A stretch of 64,000 bases of DNA from Methanobacteriota archaeon (lineage in GTDB: Archaea; Halobacteriota; Bog-38; Methanoflorentales; Methanoflorentaceae): contig OY970393.1 in assembly GCA_963720465.1 (NCBI GenBank), positions 2,080,001 through 2,144,000 on the forward strand, given 5' to 3'. The notes under the pieces were generated by a model, which was given only the letters and a program-made list of their open reading frames with translations, did no database searches and was not told the origin of the DNA. Positions 60,386 to 64,000 of the stretch are shown here, in pieces (position 1 is the first letter of the stretch; each line of letters begins with the position of its first letter). The translations under genes and the position numbers were made by a program.

Positions 60386-61306
60386 ATGATTGCGTTAGTT
60401 ACAGGTGGCTACGGGTTTATAGGAAACCAGATTGCCGAGCTAATCTCGACCGAATATTCTGAAGTGCGCATACTTGACAATCTAAGCAACGCAGCGCGGG
60501 TAGTTCGATTGCCAAACGTGCGCCTAATCAAGACGGATATCAGAGATCCAGTCGCGACGAACGAGGCATTTGATGATGTTGACGTAGTTTTCCACACCGC
60601 CGCTCGCGTCGACGTAGTCGCAAGCACCAGAGAGCCATTTGTCGATATGGATAACAACGTTAAGGGTACTTTATCAGTCTGTGAGGCTGCTCGAAGAAAT
60701 GACGTGTCTAAGCTCGTTTATTCATCTAGCGCTGCTGTCTATGGAAATGCTGATTCTTTTCCCACAGATGAGGCGCAGCCGACACGTCCTCTATCTCCCT
60801 ATGCTGTGAGCAAGTATTGCGGCGAACTCTACATGGCTGCTTATCATCATTTGTATGGTCTCAGCACGCTGTCTTTGCGATACTTCAACGTTTATGGTCC
60901 GTATCAACGTCCGGAAAACGCGTACTCTGGCGTGATTAGCAAATTCTTCTATAATGCAACAAGAGACGCACCTCTAGAAATACACGGCGACGGCAATCAG
61001 ACCCGGGATTTCGTGTATGTAACGGATGTGGCGAATGCGAATCTGCTGGCAGCAAATAGCGACGCACCAAATGCAGTTGTGAACATAGGAAGCGGGCGCG
61101 AGACGTCTATAAATGAACTGGCGACGATAATCAAGGAAATGGCTCTCTCTCATTCGAGCATCGCGCACGGCGCCCCGCGCATCAGTGACGGCAGGAGATC
61201 ACTGGCGGATATCAGGAACGCAAAGAGAGTCATCAACTATGAGCCACAGATCCACATAGCTGATGGCCTTACAAAGCTCAGTCAGTTCTTTCGTGGAACG
61301 CGCTGA
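60386..61306 (+). CDS. NAD-dependent nucleotide-sugar epimerase/dehydratase
   Basis: TGGYGFIG, SSAAVYG, YAVSK, RYFNVYGP, GDGNQTRDF. Confidence 0.93.
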   Translation: MIALVTGGYGFIGNQIAELISTEYSEVRILDNLSNAARVVRLPNVRLIKTDIRDPVATNEAFDDVDVVFHTAARVDVVASTREPFVDMDNNVKGTLSVCEAARRNDVSKLVYSSSAAVYGNADSFPTDEAQPTRPLSPYAVSKYCGELYMAAYHHLYGLSTLSLRYFNVYGPYQRPENAYSGVISKFFYNATRDAPLEIHGDGNQTRDFVYVTDVANANLLAANSDAPNAVVNIGSGRETSINELATIIKEMALSHSSIAHGAPRISDGRRSLADIRNAKRVINYEPQIHIADGLTKLSQFFRGTR

Positions 61307-61688
61307 AAATTCGGGCTTCACCTTGGTCAAAATAGTCAATGAGTCTGAGGTTGTCCCGTACCTCGAATCATATTCGCATCGCCAAACAGAACATATAAAG
61401 CACTTATGGGAAGGTAACCGAGCGATTAACGTTGTCGCTCGGATTGAGCATTACTTAATCTGCTATCGGCTATAATCTGCAATCGCGCTTTTTTTAGGCT
61501 ATTCTCCAATGCTGGTAAATGCCACGAGCAGAATCATTGCATATTCGTTATTTGCTGCCCTCGAGTTCGCGACAATCTTGCTCCTGATAATGTGGGCTTG
61601 AGACCAGCGCGCTTAGTAGTCAAAGACAGATGACACTATCAGTAAAAAGGCGGGCCTAACCAGGAGCCGTCTTCTTCTAAGCAATCGA

Positions 61689-62321
61689 TCACAAGGTCAG
61701 CTTTGCCAGATCGAACGCTTCAGCTTTACTATGGTTATGAATGGCTAGCATTCCGGCCTGAAAAGCGCGATACTGTGCGAGACCAGCTATCGCTTCTGTT
61801 CGCACGTAGTACTTATCGTTCTGCGTTTCGTGGAGCTTTAAAGCTTCGAGCTTGATGTTGAAGAAAGGCGTAATGTTGACAAAAACTCGCGGAGTAAACT
61901 CGAGTGACACGCTCGGAGACTCATAGAGAAAAATATCATTCACGTGCCTGTACAGCGTCATAGTCGCAAGAGCCGTATTTCGGTGATCTTGGTGATTGTC
62001 GTGCGGACTGTGCGTGTATATTCTATCGGGCCGTAATGCATTTACCTTTGCCTGAATAAGCTCGATTGTCTGAAAGTCAGTTGTAATCATGCGATCTTTG
62101 AGATTCTCAATGGTGATACTGTCCGCGCCGAGGATCTGTGCAGCTTTCTTACACTCACTGATTCTTTTGTCACTTGGCCCCCCTGCTTCGCCTTTGGAAA
62201 GTACAAGAAGGTGTACGTCGTCGCCTTCGTGTTTGTGATAGGCTAGCGTCGCGTAGCAACCTAGCTCACAATCATCTGGATGAGCTCCGATCGCGAGAAT
62301 TACTTTACCCAAATAAACCAC
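61689..62321 (-). CDS. PIG-L family N-acetyl-sugar deacetylase
   Basis: AHPDD.E, HQDH, K..AL..H.TQ, AEAF. Confidence 0.92.
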   Translation of the reverse strand: MVYLGKVILAIGAHPDDCELGCYATLAYHKHEGDDVHLLVLSKGEAGGPSDKRISECKKAAQILGADSITIENLKDRMITTDFQTIELIQAKVNALRPDRIYTHSPHDNHQDHRNTALATMTLYRHVNDIFLYESPSVSLEFTPRVFVNITPFFNIKLEALKLHETQNDKYYVRTEAIAGLAQYRAFQAGMLAIHNHSKAEAFDLAKLTL

Positions 62322-63918
62322 CAGTGCATAATTGTTTTATAGTGTTGAACAATGCGTCCATCGAAGTATTGGTGCGCAAAGACACGTCTGCGTTAAAACT
62401 TATATTTCCTTTAAGCGCGTGCGACCATTGGGCACAGGTCGATCGTATCCCTATATTAGTTGTATAATCGATGATGGAGGGAATCACGTTGAGCGTTTTC
62501 GACGTATTGCCCACGATCGAGCGATCTCTCGCGATCTGATTTCGTTCAAATCGTGTTTTCAACTCATTTTGCATACTTGCAATCGTAACTATTTTCTCTT
62601 TAAAGTCATCAAGTTTCCTATCTGCGACTGCATTTTTTAAGTTGTCAAGCGCGCAGATGACACCGTCGATGTCCGCGAGCATATCGTCCAACTCGCCTTG
62701 GACGATCTCCACGTCGCACTTCTCATCCTTCGCCAGCTTGTATTGAGATCGCACCCTCAGTAGTTCGAGAATTGCGTCCAGCTGTCCAACGCCTCCGTAT
62801 ATATCTTTCGGTCTCCATATCGAGACGACCGGGAATCGCATCCCAAACTCTCCAGCGATCTTCTCAGCTCTGCTCAGATATTCGGCGCCCCCGTGGCCGC
62901 CGACGTAGAACGAAAGGCCTATGCCGCTAAAGGCGATGAGCATCGCCTCCGCTCGCAGCGACACGTTGGGTAACATCTGTCCCAGGGCGGAGCGCAGATC
63001 CCCCGGAAACTTCAAAGTTGCGGTGCACGCGCGACACTTCGCCACGAGCATATCATCGGGTACGTGCGTCATCTCCACGTCAGCTTTTCCGCCGCACGGG
63101 CAATGATACCAAACAGGCATTGGCGGCTTCGTAGTTAGGTTCTTCTGCGACTCGGCCATCAACTTAGCGTACTGGTCGTAGTTTTCAAGCAGAAAAGCGA
63201 TCTCTTCACTGAACACCTGTTGGCATTGGGAAAACCGCGCGAATGCGGTTGTATACCCACACTCTTCAATGAGGTACGCGAAAAAGAATGCGTTAAAATC
63301 AGCCGCGTTCGTGCTTCTGTCATACGCCCTATCGATAGCATCAGACACGACGCGCGTGTCGAAGTCGACGTCTGGAACCGGCAGCCCCAAACGTTTCGTG
63401 TATTTTGCAACCGAATCGAACGACTCGCTCGCCCAGCGTTCGATGTCGCTTTTTAGCTTTGCGACTTCGTCGCTGTCTGGCTTCGGAACAACGCGCATCA
63501 GCTTGTTGTAGTACGCCGGAGCAACCGACAAGTGGAGGGTCAGCGTGCCGTTTCTGTTTCTGACGCTCGGCAGCTGCGCTTCTCGGAACCACCGCTCATC
63601 AGCGAAGTCTTGGTCGGCAAAACAAAAGAGCTCAACTACAGGACAGTCAAGTCTCTCTCGCAACTGCTCGGCCACCGCGTGGACGAGCACCACCTTGCGC
63701 ACGACTCCACTGTAGGGCAAGAAGTTAGGCTGATGGGCAGACATCAAAATAATTCCTTCATAATCTGCTTGAAGCGGGATTCGAGAATCGTTATGAAACG
63801 CGCTGACGTGTTCAGCAAACGCTTTGCGCTTGCTTCGCATCGCGTGGTCGGGGTAAATAGCGTTGCTTGCAACAACTCGCGTGAGTTCCTGCAGATTCTT
63901 GCATTGATCTCCTTTCAT
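62305..63918 (-). CDS. BshC-like putative amino-acid ligase
   Basis: SAHQPN...K...A..L...PVV.LF..AD.D, FYVGGHGGAEY, GMRFP...RP, CPC/CRAC insert, C-terminal coiled coil. Confidence 0.55.
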   Translation of the reverse strand: MKGDQCKNLQELTRVVASNAIYPDHAMRSKRKAFAEHVSAFHNDSRIPLQADYEGIILMSAHQPNFLPYSGVVRKVVLVHAVAEQLRERLDCPVVELFCFADQDFADERWFREAQLPSVRNRNGTLTLHLSVAPAYYNKLMRVVPKPDSDEVAKLKSDIERWASESFDSVAKYTKRLGLPVPDVDFDTRVVSDAIDRAYDRSTNAADFNAFFFAYLIEECGYTTAFARFSQCQQVFSEEIAFLLENYDQYAKLMAESQKNLTTKPPMPVWYHCPCGGKADVEMTHVPDDMLVAKCRACTATLKFPGDLRSALGQMLPNVSLRAEAMLIAFSGIGLSFYVGGHGGAEYLSRAEKIAGEFGMRFPVVSIWRPKDIYGGVGQLDAILELLRVRSQYKLAKDEKCDVEIVQGELDDMLADIDGVICALDNLKNAVADRKLDDFKEKIVTIASMQNELKTRFERNQIARDRSIVGNTSKTLNVIPSIIDYTTNIGIRSTCAQWSHALKGNISFNADVSLRTNTSMDALFNTIKQLCTGGLFG

Positions 63919-64000
63919 GAATCACCTAAAAACATGACCGCAACAAGCTTTGGAACGTGAAATCCAACGCTACGTTCAAATCAGCAAAATCCAGCGCTAC

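Noticed and set aside
63960-64000. Short direct repeat AAATCCA(A/G)CGCTAC x2
   Set aside because: Cut by the window edge; too little sequence to interpret.

Overview
Archaeal chromosome segment, most likely from a methanogen (mch, archaeal dnaG, herA/nurA, intron-containing tRNA-Leu). Placement in Halobacteriota (Methanocellia/Bog-38-like) is my inference. From left to right: the end of a cas1-cas2-cas4 module, a leader, a 59-repeat CRISPR array with three oversized spacers (124, 83, 65 bp) and a Csa3-like regulator. Next come a DUF4064/DUF4352 module, the nurA-herA-mre11-rad50 operon, a satellite-like remnant, and a family-B DNA polymerase split into two adjacent genes. A ~9.3-kb integrated element (24073-33354) follows, then housekeeping genes with a probable three-hairpin H/ACA RNA, and a surface-glycan cluster ending in a PIG-L deacetylase and a BshC-like gene. 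The best candidate for an undescribed system is the element. It is bounded by 26-bp direct repeats that duplicate the 3' end of a protein-coding SWIM-finger gene, not a tRNA. Its tyrosine integrase is cut in two by the att site and rejoins in frame only on excision. All calls are by eye; no searches were run.
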